NCBI GenBank assembly: GCA_007280145.1
Contig: QYPU01000111.1
Coordinates: 1-37,187, forward strand
Direction: 5' to 3'
Length of the DNA stretch: 37,187 nt
From: Dehalococcoidia bacterium
GTDB lineage: Bacteria; Chloroflexota; Dehalococcoidia; GIF9; UBA5629
In this document: piece after piece, positions 20,395-34,700 of the stretch
Layout: the number at the start of each line of letters is the position of its first letter
Position numbering within the stretch: the first letter of the stretch is position 1
Notes under the pieces: model-generated
Seen by the model: only the letters and a program-made list of their open reading frames with translations
What the model was told of the DNA's origin: nothing
Database searches by the model: none
Made by a program: the position numbers and the translations under genes

Positions 20395-21366
20395 ATGACA
20401 TCAGATCTTGCAGGGCATATCGACAAGCTAACGCCTGCAAACCACAGGCTAGTCCGGGAACTCGTCTTCAAGCTATTGCAACTTCAGAAGGCCGCCAACC
20501 CTGAAGCCTACGACGAGGGACTCGAAGTGTCCCAATTTGTTAACCCTTGGCTAGAGCGCCTTCTCCAGGAAGGCAAAAGCCCATGGACCATCAGGGCCTA
20601 CACACGCCAGATCCTCCAGTTGCTCAAGCGGTATCCCAGTCCCACCCAGGCCGACATCACAAACTACGTGACAAGCCTTATTTATGAAGGAAAGCAACCC
20701 GCCAACACCAACGCTTTTATCTGGGCGGCCAAGAGCTTCTTCACCTTTTGCTCTGAGCACGGACACCTAGCAGCCAATCCCGCAGCTCGTATCAAGCCCA
20801 GGCCTCTCCCAAAAAGGGAAACCAAATCCCCACCTCCTGAGGACGTCCATAGACTGCTCTCACTGCCATCACTGACGCCACGCGATACAGCCATGCTCCA
20901 CCTGTTTATAGACTGCGGCTTGAGGCTCGATGAGCTTCTCAGCCTTGAAGTCAACGACCTCGACCTTGCCCACATGAAGGTAACTGTCATCGGCAAGGGG
21001 AACAAGCAACGCTCCGTCCCTATCTCGCCTGCCACCAGGGACGTGTGCCAGGCTTACCTGCGCCACGTTGCAGCCACCAGACTCCTGTTTCCCGGTAAGA
21101 AGCCTGGCCGCAAGATGACACAGACGGCAATTCACCTGTTGTTAAAGCACCTCTGCCGACAGGCAGGCATACAAACCATCACAGCGCACCAGCTCAGACA
21201 CTACTTCGCCACACAGGCATTGTCCAAGGGTGCTAGCCTCAAAGCCGTGTCCAGAATGCTAGGGCACGCTCACGCCTCTACAACGGCAGATATCTACTGG
21301 CACGTCATCGATGAGCAGGAAATCATCGACCAGCATACCAGGTATAGCCCGATCGCAAGTCTATAG
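20395..21366 (+). CDS. Tyrosine-type site-specific recombinase/integrase (XerC/D-like)
   Basis: 323 aa. The catalytic signature is complete: box I CGLRLDELLSL, GKGNKQRSVPI, HQLRHYFAT (H-x-x-R), and LGHAHASTTADIYWHV (H...Y). Confidence 0.9.
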   Translation: MTSDLAGHIDKLTPANHRLVRELVFKLLQLQKAANPEAYDEGLEVSQFVNPWLERLLQEGKSPWTIRAYTRQILQLLKRYPSPTQADITNYVTSLIYEGKQPANTNAFIWAAKSFFTFCSEHGHLAANPAARIKPRPLPKRETKSPPPEDVHRLLSLPSLTPRDTAMLHLFIDCGLRLDELLSLEVNDLDLAHMKVTVIGKGNKQRSVPISPATRDVCQAYLRHVAATRLLFPGKKPGRKMTQTAIHLLLKHLCRQAGIQTITAHQLRHYFATQALSKGASLKAVSRMLGHAHASTTADIYWHVIDEQEIIDQHTRYSPIASL

Positions 21367-21456
21367 GGCACCTACAGCACCTTCTATTTATGCAGCCCAT
21401 CAAATAAAGCAGAATTATATACTTGACTCGAGGTTAAGGTGTAGTAGAATAGGGGT

Positions 21457-21960
21457 ATGTGCTTCTGGCAATGGTTTACCCTTATCACTGGAATTATTGG
21501 GGTGGTGGCTTTTCTAATAGCTATACTATCACTATTTCATATTTGGGGGAAACCTAAAATACAGGTTAGCTGGGATTGCGCTCATGGTTACAGGTTAACT
21601 TGTTGGATAAGAAATATACCTATAAATAGTGTTTTATCGCATTTCAATGTGGTACGAACACAAATAGAAATCGCTCCCTTCATATCCATTGTCGATAAAA
21701 ATGGCAGGACTCTACATTTTTTACATTATGCTCCAAATATTAGTGATGATATTCGCTTGGTTATAGCTGAAGTTATATGCCCACAAAACGGTACAGTGTA
21801 CTTTAAAGATGTAGCTGGTATGTCCACAGCGGAATCACTAGCAGTTGGTTCATATAAGTTAATTTTGGAATTATGGGGAGATGGTAGGAAGCTAAACAGG
21901 ACAGAGGGACAAATTCAGATAAATCCATCTAAGCCTTTTATAGAGTATAATTACCATTGA
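21457..21960 (+). CDS. Hypothetical protein with N-terminal TM anchor
   Basis: 167 aa. One N-terminal hydrophobic helix (FTLITGIIGVVAFLIAILSLF) is followed by a ~130-aa beta-rich-looking domain. The codon usage is AT-rich and unlike flanking DNA. Confidence 0.5.
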   Translation: MCFWQWFTLITGIIGVVAFLIAILSLFHIWGKPKIQVSWDCAHGYRLTCWIRNIPINSVLSHFNVVRTQIEIAPFISIVDKNGRTLHFLHYAPNISDDIRLVIAEVICPQNGTVYFKDVAGMSTAESLAVGSYKLILELWGDGRKLNRTEGQIQINPSKPFIEYNYH

Positions 21961-22062
21961 TTTTAGTAAGTTCCTTATATTCCAAGTTCTCTGCCCTAAT
22001 AAGTTTCCTTTTTCTGCCCTCTGTTCTAGACAGATAATACGTTGAACCTTTAGACTATAGAC

Positions 22063-22824
22063 ATGGCACAAGAAACTTGGCATCAATCGGCTATGGTAGA
22101 GAAATGTGAAACCAGTATTAATGGGCAAACCATCATATATACAGTCAAGCGAAGCCTTAGGGCAAAGCATGTCCGTCTCGAGGTGAGACGACAAACGGGG
22201 CTTACGGTAGTTGTTCCTCATTCTTACAAGATTGGGCAACTCCCTAGACTTTTACAATCGAAAGAACGATGGATCTCAAGTCACCTGGCAAGATGTAGCC
22301 ATTTCCAATCGCTTTCTGCCGAGAAGGAACTCAGCAGTGGCGATACTGTCCCATATCTTGGCCAAGACTTGGAGCTGGTCAAGCAGGAAAACCACAGAGG
22401 GGTTGGCAGTGTAACGCTAGACGGGAATACTCTGGCAGTGAGCCCCGGATTATTCAAGAACGGTATTTTGGAGTTGGCTTTGGAACAGTGGTATCGGACA
22501 GCGGCTGCCAAACTGATAAACGAGAGAGCAGATGAATTGAGCTCTCAGATGGGCATTAACTATAAACGAATTGTCATACGAGGTCAAAAGACCCGTTGGG
22601 GCAGCTGCTCCCATAAGAAAAATCTTAGCTTTAACTGGAAACTAATAATGGCGCCGGAGCCCGTGATCGACTATGTCATCATCCACGAGCTTACCCATCT
22701 GAAAGAGATGAATCATTCAAAGAGGTTCTGGGAACTGGTAGCTCAATACTGTCCCAGATGGCGAGAGTATAAGAAGTGGCTCAAGCAACATGAGGCAGAC
22801 CTTACTGCCAAACTCTGCGCCTAG
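22063..22824 (+). CDS. DUF45 / YgjP-like M48-family zinc metallohydrolase
   Basis: 253 aa. The N-terminal pattern is YTVKRSLRAKHVRLEV...GLTVVVP. The C-terminal zinc motif is IIHELTHLKEMNHSKRFW (HExxH ... H), preceded by RWGSCS. Confidence 0.85.
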   Translation: MAQETWHQSAMVEKCETSINGQTIIYTVKRSLRAKHVRLEVRRQTGLTVVVPHSYKIGQLPRLLQSKERWISSHLARCSHFQSLSAEKELSSGDTVPYLGQDLELVKQENHRGVGSVTLDGNTLAVSPGLFKNGILELALEQWYRTAAAKLINERADELSSQMGINYKRIVIRGQKTRWGSCSHKKNLSFNWKLIMAPEPVIDYVIIHELTHLKEMNHSKRFWELVAQYCPRWREYKKWLKQHEADLTAKLCA

Positions 22825-22987
22825 AAATAGCCTTGATTGCACAATCTGGACAAGTGTGACATCGAACATACCATTAAAAATGAATGCTTCTCATCTAACT
22901 ACCCCCAGGACACTCCTAACCCTTTTGTCTAATCACACTGGGGTGCAGTCCATAGTGAGGCCATTACAAAGAATATAATAGATTATC

Positions 22988-23686
22988 TTACTTCGGCTCG
23001 TGTATTATTTGGTTTCTGTACCATTCCCATAGCTTAACGCCATCAAGTCCCGTAATAGTAAGGTTGACATCCGCCAACCGTGCAATGTTATAATTTCTGT
23101 TAGCCGAGACGTTTATATTGTTATACTCATCAAGTTTGACATATTCTAAACGCTGCCCTACAAATTTGTAATAGTCATAGCAAACTTTACTCGTAAAATC
23201 TGTATATGTGACTGTAAGGATTGGTATTAACGAGAGCCGAATCGTCGGCATATAATTCGATGCAACCTTCATGAACTCATTTTCTATTTGCTGGAAATTG
23301 GAAGAGTTATTTTCACTAGAACCAATTAAAATCAAACCATAGCTATTCCCTGTAGCTTGACTCGAAAAGTCGCCATAGTAACCAGCAAGTGGGAGGTAAG
23401 TAGGTTCATAACCAATACCACGATTTATTTCAATGTATGCATTTAAATGAGCTTCATAAGGAGGCCCAAGTGCATGCCCAACATTACTAATTGTAATCGT
23501 TTCAGTCGCTTTGTCTACATTCCATTCAACTTTTCTGACGGCTGAGATACATGGTAGATTGCTTTTGTAAACCAGTTCGTTCGCTTGTTCAGCAATCTTG
23601 TTTGCCTGAAAGGCAAAGAATGCAGCTGATAGACTAAATAACACAGTGAATACAATTGGAACTATCATAGCAGACTTGTTGTTCAC
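22988..23686 (-). CDS. Hypothetical protein with N-terminal TM anchor
   Basis: 232 aa. A single N-terminal helix (MIVPIVFTVLFSLSAAFFAF) is followed by a ~200-aa N/Y/S-rich domain. It is AT-rich, and no family was recognised. Confidence 0.5.
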   Translation of the reverse strand: MNNKSAMIVPIVFTVLFSLSAAFFAFQANKIAEQANELVYKSNLPCISAVRKVEWNVDKATETITISNVGHALGPPYEAHLNAYIEINRGIGYEPTYLPLAGYYGDFSSQATGNSYGLILIGSSENNSSNFQQIENEFMKVASNYMPTIRLSLIPILTVTYTDFTSKVCYDYYKFVGQRLEYVKLDEYNNINVSANRNYNIARLADVNLTITGLDGVKLWEWYRNQIIHEPK

Positions 23687-23906
23687 TCCCGCCTCCTTAT
23701 CCAGAGTTTTTGGTAGAAAAGCCCTTCAACTCTATAATCGCTCATTTATCTGTCAATAACCACCATCTTTTACCCACCCGGTAATGGCAATAAGGTTGTA
23801 TCATTTCTAGTTCATGGTGTCAACACTCCCTCTCTTCGGTATGGAGAGAGTCTCTCACGGTAGCTGGTGCCCTCAATGACGATCTGGTAGCAGCCGATTT
23901 CAGTCG

Positions 23907-23988
23907 TTGCCTTTGAGAGTACCATTAACTATAATGGGAGCTACAATATTCGTGTGGATTTGACAAGGGGCAGTGCATTTGAAGTAAT
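23907..23988 (+). promoter_or_regulatory. Candidate promoters for the SNF2-led operon
   Basis: Candidate one is TTGCCT (23907-23912), a 17-nt spacer and TATAAT (23930-23935). Candidate two is TTGACA (23960-23965), a 17-nt spacer and AGTAAT (23983-23988). Both lie within 140 nt of the ATG at 24043. Confidence 0.3.
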
Positions 23989-24042
23989 GCTTCTGCTGTC
24001 TCGGAACAAGGCACCGGTAATTCAGAAAACGGGATCTGAAGA

Positions 24043-26916
24043 ATGAGTACCGCTTACCATGCTCGGTATTTCGCGCATGAACTCACTCGGCGAGGTGGAA
24101 TCGGCGTTGAGCGTTTGTCCAGATCCCTTTTTGATGCCTGTGTTGATTTGAATCCCCACCAAATTGACGCAGCCCTTTTCGCCGTACGGTCTCCACTTTC
24201 CAAAGGCGTTCTCCTAGCTGACGAAGTCGGGTTGGGCAAGACAATCGAGGCAGGTCTCGTCCTCTGCCAATTCTGGGCAGAGCAACGGCGCCGACTCCTA
24301 GTGGTCTGTCCAGCATTGATCCGCAAACAATGGTCACTGGAGTTGGAGGAGAAATTCAGCCTCCCCACCAAGATTATTGACGCAAAATCGTACAGGGAGG
24401 CACAGACAAACGGTATTCCTAATCCCTTTGAGTTCGAGGCCATTATTCTTACCTCAATGCACTTTGCCAGCCGCTATGCCGAGGATGTAATCGCTATCCA
24501 ATGGGATTTGGTTGTTATTGACGAAGCTCACAAACTGCGCAATGCTTATCGACAAAGCAACCGCATGGGGCAGAACATCCGCTGGGCACTGGAAGATAAG
24601 CGAAAGATATTGCTCACTGCTACACCTCTTCAGAATTCCTTGCAAGAGCTCTATGGCCTTTCCACCATCATCGATGATCGCATTTTTGGTGACCTGCCAT
24701 CGTTCCGTACTCAATACATTAGTGCCGGGGCAGATCTAGTTGAACTTCGTGAACGGTTGCAGTCATTTTGCGTGAGGACTCTACGTCGCCAAGTTGTTGA
24801 GTATATCCAGTATACCGAGCGAAGGTTGATTACACGTCCTTTTCAGGCCAGTGAGCGGGAGCACAAGCTCTATGAAGCGATATCCGGTTTCCTCCAGCGT
24901 GACGATACGTATTCAGTGCCGCAGCAGCAAAGACATTTGACTACCCTGATAGTCCGTAAATTGCTGGCATCCTCTTCCCAGGCGGTCGCTGGGACACTTG
25001 AGACCATGAGAGGTCGCTTGGTTGCTATACGCGACGGGCTCTCTGTGGACAGTGATTTCGTTGAGAATATTATCGCCGATGAGGAGATTGAAGACGAAAT
25101 CCTTGATGAAATACTAGATGGCGAAGCCGAACATGATGAAGAGGAATCGAGGGACCAACATTCAATCACTGTAGATCGGCAGAAATTGAACGCCGAGATC
25201 AAGGAACTAGAGACCTACATCCATTGGGCACGGAGCATTGGGATTGATACCAAGACTCGTGCTCTGCTCAAGGCTTTGGAAATAGGTTTTAGCAGTATGA
25301 CTGAGATGGGAGCAGCACAAAAGGCAGTGGTTTTTACTGAATCACGACGTACCCAGCAGTATTTGAAGGACTTCTTGGAAGCTAATGGCTATGCCGGGCG
25401 CGTTATCACATTCAACGGCACAAATACAGATGAAGGCTCTACTCGTATATATGAGCAATGGGTATTGAGAAACAAGGAAGCAGGACGCGTTACTGGTTCA
25501 AGGGCAGTTGATATCCGTACTGCCATTATTGAGGACTTCCGAGATAATGGTAGCATCATGATTGCTACTGAGGCTGCTGCTGAAGGGATTAATCTCCAGT
25601 TTTGCTCGTTAGTCATGAACTTCGATCTGCCTTGGAACCCCCAACGTATCGAACAGCGCATCGGACGTTGCCATAGATACGGCCAGCAACACGATGTAGT
25701 GGTTATCAATTTTCTGAATGAAAGAAATGAAGCTGATCGTCGCGTCTATGAGCTACTGAACGAGAAATTCAACCTTTTCAGCGGTGTTTTTGGGGCATCG
25801 GACGAAGTGCTGGGAAACATCGACTCGGGGGTGGATTTTGAGTGGCGTATTCTCGACATTTACCAACAATGCCGTACAACCGAGGAAATTGAGGAAGCTT
25901 TTCACCAGCTCCGAGCAGAGCTTGATAAAAGGATTCAAGCAAAGCTTGAAGATACACGTCGTATTCTACTGGAGCACTTCGATGAGGATGTACACCAAAG
26001 ATTGCGCGTCAATCTGGAAGGAACACGGGAACAGCTTGACCGCATCGGCAGGATGTTTTGGACTCTGACAAGGTTCATTCTTGGAGGCCGAGCTGACTTC
26101 GACGATGATTCACTGGTCTTCGACCTTCTCAAGTCACCTGTGAAAAGCGTGCGGGAAGGAAGATATCACCTGGTTTCTAAGAAGCAGCCATCCATGACTG
26201 GCGAATTCCTGTATCGTATCTCCCATCCCCTCGGCGAGCATGTGGTGCAATCTGGTAAGGAATATCCATCACCAGTCGCCATGGTTGCTTTCGATATTAC
26301 CAACCACTCCAGTAAGATTGCTCTGATTGAGAGATTGAAGGGCCTCTCTGGCTGGCTTGTCCTACAACGACTGGTCATTGAATCATTCGAAACTGAGGAG
26401 TACTTACTCTTCTCCGGTTTTGATGATGGCGGACGGCCGCTAGACCAGGAAACTTGTGAGAAGCTATTTCACTGTCAGGGCACGGCGAGCCCTGAAGGAG
26501 AGCCACCACCCCAAGTTACACAACGACTTGACCACGAAGCTGAGCGCCATGCCAAAGCTACTATCAGCAGGTCTTTGGAGCGGAATAATCATCATTTCAA
26601 CGAAGCGCGAGAGCGGCTGGAGAAGTGGGCGGATGACATGGTGCTTGCTGCAGAGAAGCAATTGAAGGATACCAAGCAGCAGATTAAGACACTTACCCGT
26701 GAGGCAAGGCTTGCCACTCTAGTGGAAGAACAGCACCAGCTTCAGGAGAAGATTCGGGATATGGAGAAAAAGAAACGCCGCCAACGGCAACGCATTTTTG
26801 ACCTGGAGGATGAGATAATGGAAAAACGTGATAAACTGATTGAGGCCTTGGAGAGAAGAATGGCACAGAAGACTTCGAGGGAAGCCCTTTTTGCTATCCG
26901 CTGGCAAGTTATTTAG
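24043..26916 (+). CDS. SNF2-family (Swi2/Snf2) ATPase/helicase with long C-terminal coiled-coil region
   Basis: 957 aa. Motif I is LLADEVGLGKTIEAG, motif II VVIDEAHKLRN, motif III LLLTATPLQNSLQELY. Motifs V/VI are TEAAAEGINLQFCSLVMNFDLPWNPQRIEQRIGRCHRYGQ. An acidic linker (EEIEDEILDEILDGEAEHDEEE) sits between the lobes. The C-terminus is K/R/E-rich heptad-like (EKIRDMEKKKRRQRQRIFDLEDEI). Confidence 0.92.
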   Translation: MSTAYHARYFAHELTRRGGIGVERLSRSLFDACVDLNPHQIDAALFAVRSPLSKGVLLADEVGLGKTIEAGLVLCQFWAEQRRRLLVVCPALIRKQWSLELEEKFSLPTKIIDAKSYREAQTNGIPNPFEFEAIILTSMHFASRYAEDVIAIQWDLVVIDEAHKLRNAYRQSNRMGQNIRWALEDKRKILLTATPLQNSLQELYGLSTIIDDRIFGDLPSFRTQYISAGADLVELRERLQSFCVRTLRRQVVEYIQYTERRLITRPFQASEREHKLYEAISGFLQRDDTYSVPQQQRHLTTLIVRKLLASSSQAVAGTLETMRGRLVAIRDGLSVDSDFVENIIADEEIEDEILDEILDGEAEHDEEESRDQHSITVDRQKLNAEIKELETYIHWARSIGIDTKTRALLKALEIGFSSMTEMGAAQKAVVFTESRRTQQYLKDFLEANGYAGRVITFNGTNTDEGSTRIYEQWVLRNKEAGRVTGSRAVDIRTAIIEDFRDNGSIMIATEAAAEGINLQFCSLVMNFDLPWNPQRIEQRIGRCHRYGQQHDVVVINFLNERNEADRRVYELLNEKFNLFSGVFGASDEVLGNIDSGVDFEWRILDIYQQCRTTEEIEEAFHQLRAELDKRIQAKLEDTRRILLEHFDEDVHQRLRVNLEGTREQLDRIGRMFWTLTRFILGGRADFDDDSLVFDLLKSPVKSVREGRYHLVSKKQPSMTGEFLYRISHPLGEHVVQSGKEYPSPVAMVAFDITNHSSKIALIERLKGLSGWLVLQRLVIESFETEEYLLFSGFDDGGRPLDQETCEKLFHCQGTASPEGEPPPQVTQRLDHEAERHAKATISRSLERNNHHFNEARERLEKWADDMVLAAEKQLKDTKQQIKTLTREARLATLVEEQHQLQEKIRDMEKKKRRQRQRIFDLEDEIMEKRDKLIEALERRMAQKTSREALFAIRWQVI

Positions 26917-26929
26917 GAGGAGATTTATC

Positions 26930-28779
26930 ATGGATGAGAAGACCACCTTTACGAGTGACAAGGAACCATTATTCGAGGTATTGAAGGAAATCGCCGATGG
27001 AAGGATTCAATTGCCTGAATTCCAAAGAAGCTTTATCTGGGATGATGAACATATTCGTAGCCTGTTAGCTAGTATTTCCCTGTCCTATCCCATGGGCGCG
27101 ATAATGATGCTTGAGAATGGAAATTCAGATGTTCGTTTCAAGCCAAGACCAATAGAAGGCGTAGAACTCGCTAAAGAAATGGATCCAGAGAGGTATATAC
27201 TGGATGGGCAGCAGAGATTGACCGCGCTTTTTCAGTCTTTGTTTCTAGACAAGCCGGCAGTAACACAAGATAGCCGCAAGAAGGTTATCAAGAGATGGTA
27301 CTATATTGATATGGCTGCTGCCTTGAATCCACAGGCGGACCGGGAGTCAGCTATTATCGGACTTCCAGAAGACCGAAAGATCACAGATTTCCGAACAAAG
27401 GAAACGAAGGATTATTCCACCTCTGAGAAAGAGTTCCAACATCTACTGTTCCCATTTAATCAAGTCTTCGATCCATCTGATTGGAGAATGAAATATAACG
27501 AATATTGGCAGCACGAGAGAGACAAAATCAAATTTTACGATACATTTGAGAAGACAGTTATTGAGAGTTTCAAACAATATCCAGTCCCAGTGATCAAGTT
27601 ACTTAAAAAAACCCCAAAGGCAGCCGTTTGTCAGGTATTTGAGAAAGTTAATACGGGTGGTGTTATTCTAAACGTGTTTCAGCTTCTTACAGCTACCTTC
27701 GCTGCAGATGGATTCAATCTGCGTGAGGACTGGGATGGCAAGTGCGATTCTCTCGGGAGAAAAACTGAAGAGGGACGCATCGATACTTTGAAGAAGCATA
27801 GGGTTCTTAGATCCGTAGCCGACACAAGTTTCCTACAGGTTATAACACTTCTGACTACTTATGCACGAAAACAGGAGAAACCAGATGCACCTATTAGCTG
27901 CAAAAAGGATGATATATTGAATCTGAAACTTGAAGATTACCGAAAATGGGTTGAGCCGGCAATGGATGGCTTTGACAAGGCAGCCAAGTTTCTTGTTCAA
28001 CAAACAATTTTCTCTGACAGGGACATCCCTTACAGTACGCAGCTGGTACCTCTCGCTACTTTGTTTGCCATTCTGCGAGAAAAAGCCAACAATGATGCGG
28101 TGAGGGAAAAGCTTATCCAATGGTACTGGTGCGGGGTCTTCGGTGAGCTGTATGGCGGCGCGATAGAATCCCGTTTCGCCAATGACCTGCAGCAAGTTCT
28201 GAGCTGGATTGATGGTGGCGAAGAACCGAATACGGTGGTCGAATGCAATTTTGCCCCCACTCGCCTCCATACTCTTAAGACTCGTCTCAGTGCTGCATAC
28301 AAAGGTCTTTACGCTATTCTTATGCGTGACGGCGGACTTGACTTTCTCTCGGGTGTCCCCATCAACGTTCAGACGTATTTTGGTGCGAGGATTGATATTC
28401 ATCATATCTTCCCAAAGGATTACTGTAAGAAGCTGGGTAGTGGAGCTCACGACTATGACTCAATTATCAACAAGGCGCCTATTTCAGGGGATACAAATAG
28501 AATCATTGGTGGCAATGCTCCAAAAATCTACCTTAGAAAGCTTATTGATAAGGGAACTAAGGAGGATCGCCTGGATACTATTCTGGCTTCACATGTAATC
28601 GATGCTACTGCACTCAAAGAGAATGATTATGAGACGTTCTTCAAACTAAGACGAGAAGCTCTTCTTCAGCGTATCGAGAACGCTACCGGAAAGAAGATTG
28701 CCCGAGAGACGGCTGAGACTATAGCTCAGGAGCTGAAGGAGGAAGTCTATCTTGAAGCTGAAGAGGAGGAAAATGTGGA

Positions 28780-28783
<4 letters not shown>
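26930..28783 (+). CDS. DUF262 (ParB/Srx-like NTPase) plus DUF1524 (His-Me finger) protein, GmrSD/SspE-like nuclease
   Basis: The N-terminal domain has QLPEFQRSFIWDDEHIRSLLASI and DGQQRLTAL. The C-terminal domain has IDIHHIFPKDYC and INKAPISGDTN. The start was set at ATG 26930, 10 nt after AGGAGG (26915-26920), and not at the listed 26840, which overlaps the SNF2 gene. Confidence 0.9.
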
Positions 28784-31735
<2,952 letters not shown>

Positions 31736-31755
<20 letters not shown>

Positions 31756-34700
31756 GGAGGCAGTCATAGCAAGAGCAACAATCCCTGGCCGCCAACCGAG
31801 GCGAGCCGAAAGACCTCTCAAGTTTGAGCAAAAGCTGGTGCTTAATCAGTGGATGCTGAGCCTGTTTGAGGTCTCCAGCTTTGACCAGCTTGCCGAAGGC
31901 ATGAAGACACCCGATCTGGAGGGCTTTGACGAGGATAACATCAGTCGGTTCTACCATTTCCTGAGGGCACGATTGTTCGACCGGGCAGAGCTGCCGTTCG
32001 AGGTGCTTTTGAATTACGACCAGAACATCGTCCGACACTGGAAGGCGATAACGGAAAGGCGTAACAAGAATGATGGACGCACCCACCACCCGAAATACTT
32101 TCAATACCTTTCGCTACTGTTTACAGAGATATATTTAGACCGGTACCTTCGCGATCATCAGAAGTTACTTGCGGACTTAAACGCACAAGTCGATATCTTC
32201 AACGCTGACAAGCCCGAGCGAGACCGGGTAAATCGGTACGAGCTGGAAGACCTGAACAAACTTGCCTTCTGGAGCGCCACGGGGTCAGGCAAAACCCTGC
32301 TCATGCACATAAATATCCTCCAATACAGACACTATCTTGACCTGCACAGGCAAGGCCAGCGCATGAACCGGATCATCCTCCTCACTCCCAATGAAGGACT
32401 ATCCCATCAGCACCTTGGAGAGTTTTCTCTTTCCACTATGGATGCGGAGCTATTCTCTCCTGATGGTCGAGGTCTCTTTGCCGGGCTGGCCGTCGAGATT
32501 ATTGATATCCACAAGCTCCGTGAGCAGTCTGGAGAAAAGACAGTTGCCATTGATGCCTTTGAGGGCAATAACCTGGTGCTTGTTGACGAGGGCCATCGTG
32601 GTACCAGTGGTGCCGAAATAGGCCACTGGATGAAGATGCGCACTCAACTATGCGAGAAAGGCTTCTCCTTCGAGTACTCGGCTACATTTGGCCAGGCAAT
32701 TAAGGCTAGTGGCAACAAGGCGCTTGAGCAGGAGTACGCCAAATGCATTTTGCTTGACTACTCCTACAAATTCTTCTATGGCGATGGCTATGGAAAAGAA
32801 TACCGTATTCTGAACCTCGAAGATGATACTGACGAAGCAATTCGGCACCGCTATCTAACTGCCTGCCTGTTAGCCTTCTATCAGCAACAAAAGCTCTATT
32901 CTGACAGAAGGGCAGACTTCCAGCAGTACCTACTGGAGATGCCTCTCTGGATTTTCGTCGGTAGCAGCGTCAATGCTGTCCGCACCGAAAACCGCCGGAA
33001 AGTATCGGATGTGGTGGATATCCTCCTTTTCCTGGCGGACTTCTTGAATAACCGTCCGGAGAGTGTTGCTCACCTTAACCGGTTCCTCACTGGGCAGTCT
33101 GGTCTGCTTGATGCGAAGGGCAATGACCTCTTTACTGGGGCGTTTTCCTACCTGGTTAAACAGCGCCTTAGTGGGGAACAGACTTATGAGGACATCCTGC
33201 GTGTGCTTTTCAATGCCTCATCACCAGCAGCTCTTCATGTTGAAAACCTGAAAGGTACTGAAGGGGAAATCGCCCTGCGCCTTGGTGGTAACGATGCTTT
33301 CGGTTTGATCAACGTTGGAGATGCTTCAGCACTATGCAAGCTCTGTGAGGAGCAGAATGAACTCGTAGTTAGTGACAGGGAATTCTCCGGGTCGCTGTTC
33401 CGAACGCTCAGTGATGCTGAATCACCGATAAATATCCTGATCGGCTCAAAGAAGTTTACCGAGGGCTGGAATAGCTGGCGCGTGAGCACCATGGGCCTGA
33501 TGAATGTCGGTAGAACAGAAGGCTCTATGATTATTCAACTCTTCGGCCGCGGCGTTCGCTTGAAGGGTCTGGATTTCTGTCTGAAGCGCAGTCGGCGGAT
33601 ACTCGGGAGCACGGCTCCACCTGACATCGAACGGCTTGAGACTCTCAACGTTTTCGGCATTCGCGCCGACTACATGCGTCAGTTTAAGGAGTACCTTGAA
33701 GATGAAGGCTTACCCTCCAACGAAGACCGTATCGAGTTTGTTCTACCAGTGGTTAAGGATATCGGGACAAAGAAACTAAAGACAGTCCGGCTGAAGGAAG
33801 GAATTGACTTTAAGCAGCAGGGTCCCAAGCCCACCCTCGAAATGTCCGATGAGTTCCTAAAGAAGAATAAGGTTGTCCTCGATTGGTACCCCAGGATTCA
33901 GGCGATGGCCAGTGCCCGCGGACAAGCGCCACTGGAGATCGCAGAGAGAAGCGAGGGGCAACTTACGAGCAAACATCTTGCCTTCATGAACATGGAAGAG
34001 GTCTACTTCGAACTGCAACGGTTTAAGAATGAACGGGCTTGGTATAATCTCAGTCTATCCAGGGCACAAATCGAGCAGTTATTGAGCCAGTCCATATGGT
34101 ATCAGCTATTCATTCCCAGGGATGAGTTGGAGTTTAATTCCTTCGAGCAGGTGCGCCATTGGCAGGAGATTGCGGTCATACTGCTAAAGAAGTATTGCGA
34201 CCGCTACTATAAGTTCCGTAAAGCTGAATTCGAAAACGAGCACCTGGAGTACCGCGAGCTGAGGGAAGATGATCCAAACTTCATCGATGAATATCTGTTT
34301 CTGGTGGAGCAATCACGAGAGGAGATCGTTACCAAACTAGAGGAAATCAAACAGCTTATCCAGGAGGGCAAGCTGAAATCTGTCGAGTTCCAGGGCTTGA
34401 AAGCTATCATGTTTGACCGTCACCTTTATCAACCGCTCATCTATGTAAAGAGCGACCTGGTTGAAGTAAAGCCGGTGGTTTTGGAGAACGAGGGCGAGAG
34501 GGACTTCGTCCTGCACCTGCAAGATTTCTGCTCACAGAACGCAGGCTTCTTTGAGAACAAAGAACTATACCTTTTGCGGAATATGAGCCGTGGTCGAGGG
34601 ATTGGGTTCTTTGAGGCTGGCAATTTCCACCCCGACTTCATCCTTTGGCTTCTTGTAAGTGGGCGACAGTACGTCAACTTCGTCGATCCAAAGGGGCTAA

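Noticed and set aside
23800-23925. Minus-strand fragment ...TEIGCYQIVIEGTSYRERL... resembling the C-terminus of IS21 IstB-type helper proteins (..G.SYR..)
   Set aside because: There are only ~25 residues of loose similarity, bounded by stops, and no other IS features such as inverted repeats or a transposase. This is too weak to call, though it fits a mosaic island junction.
26840-26929. Upstream extension of the DUF262 ORF as listed in the track
   Set aside because: It overlaps the SNF2 gene's 3' end and encodes an R/K-rich non-homologous peptide. ATG 26930 has a perfect AGGAGG at correct spacing, and the conserved DUF262 domain starts shortly after it.
27833-28450. 205-aa antisense ORF inside the DUF262/DUF1524 gene. 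Similar long antisense ORFs occur at 1459..1932, 5063..5401, 16657..17001, 20682..21035, 24054..24443 and 31706..32104.
   Set aside because: All lie fully within strongly supported genes on the opposite strand and have no recognisable motifs. They look like typical shadow ORFs.
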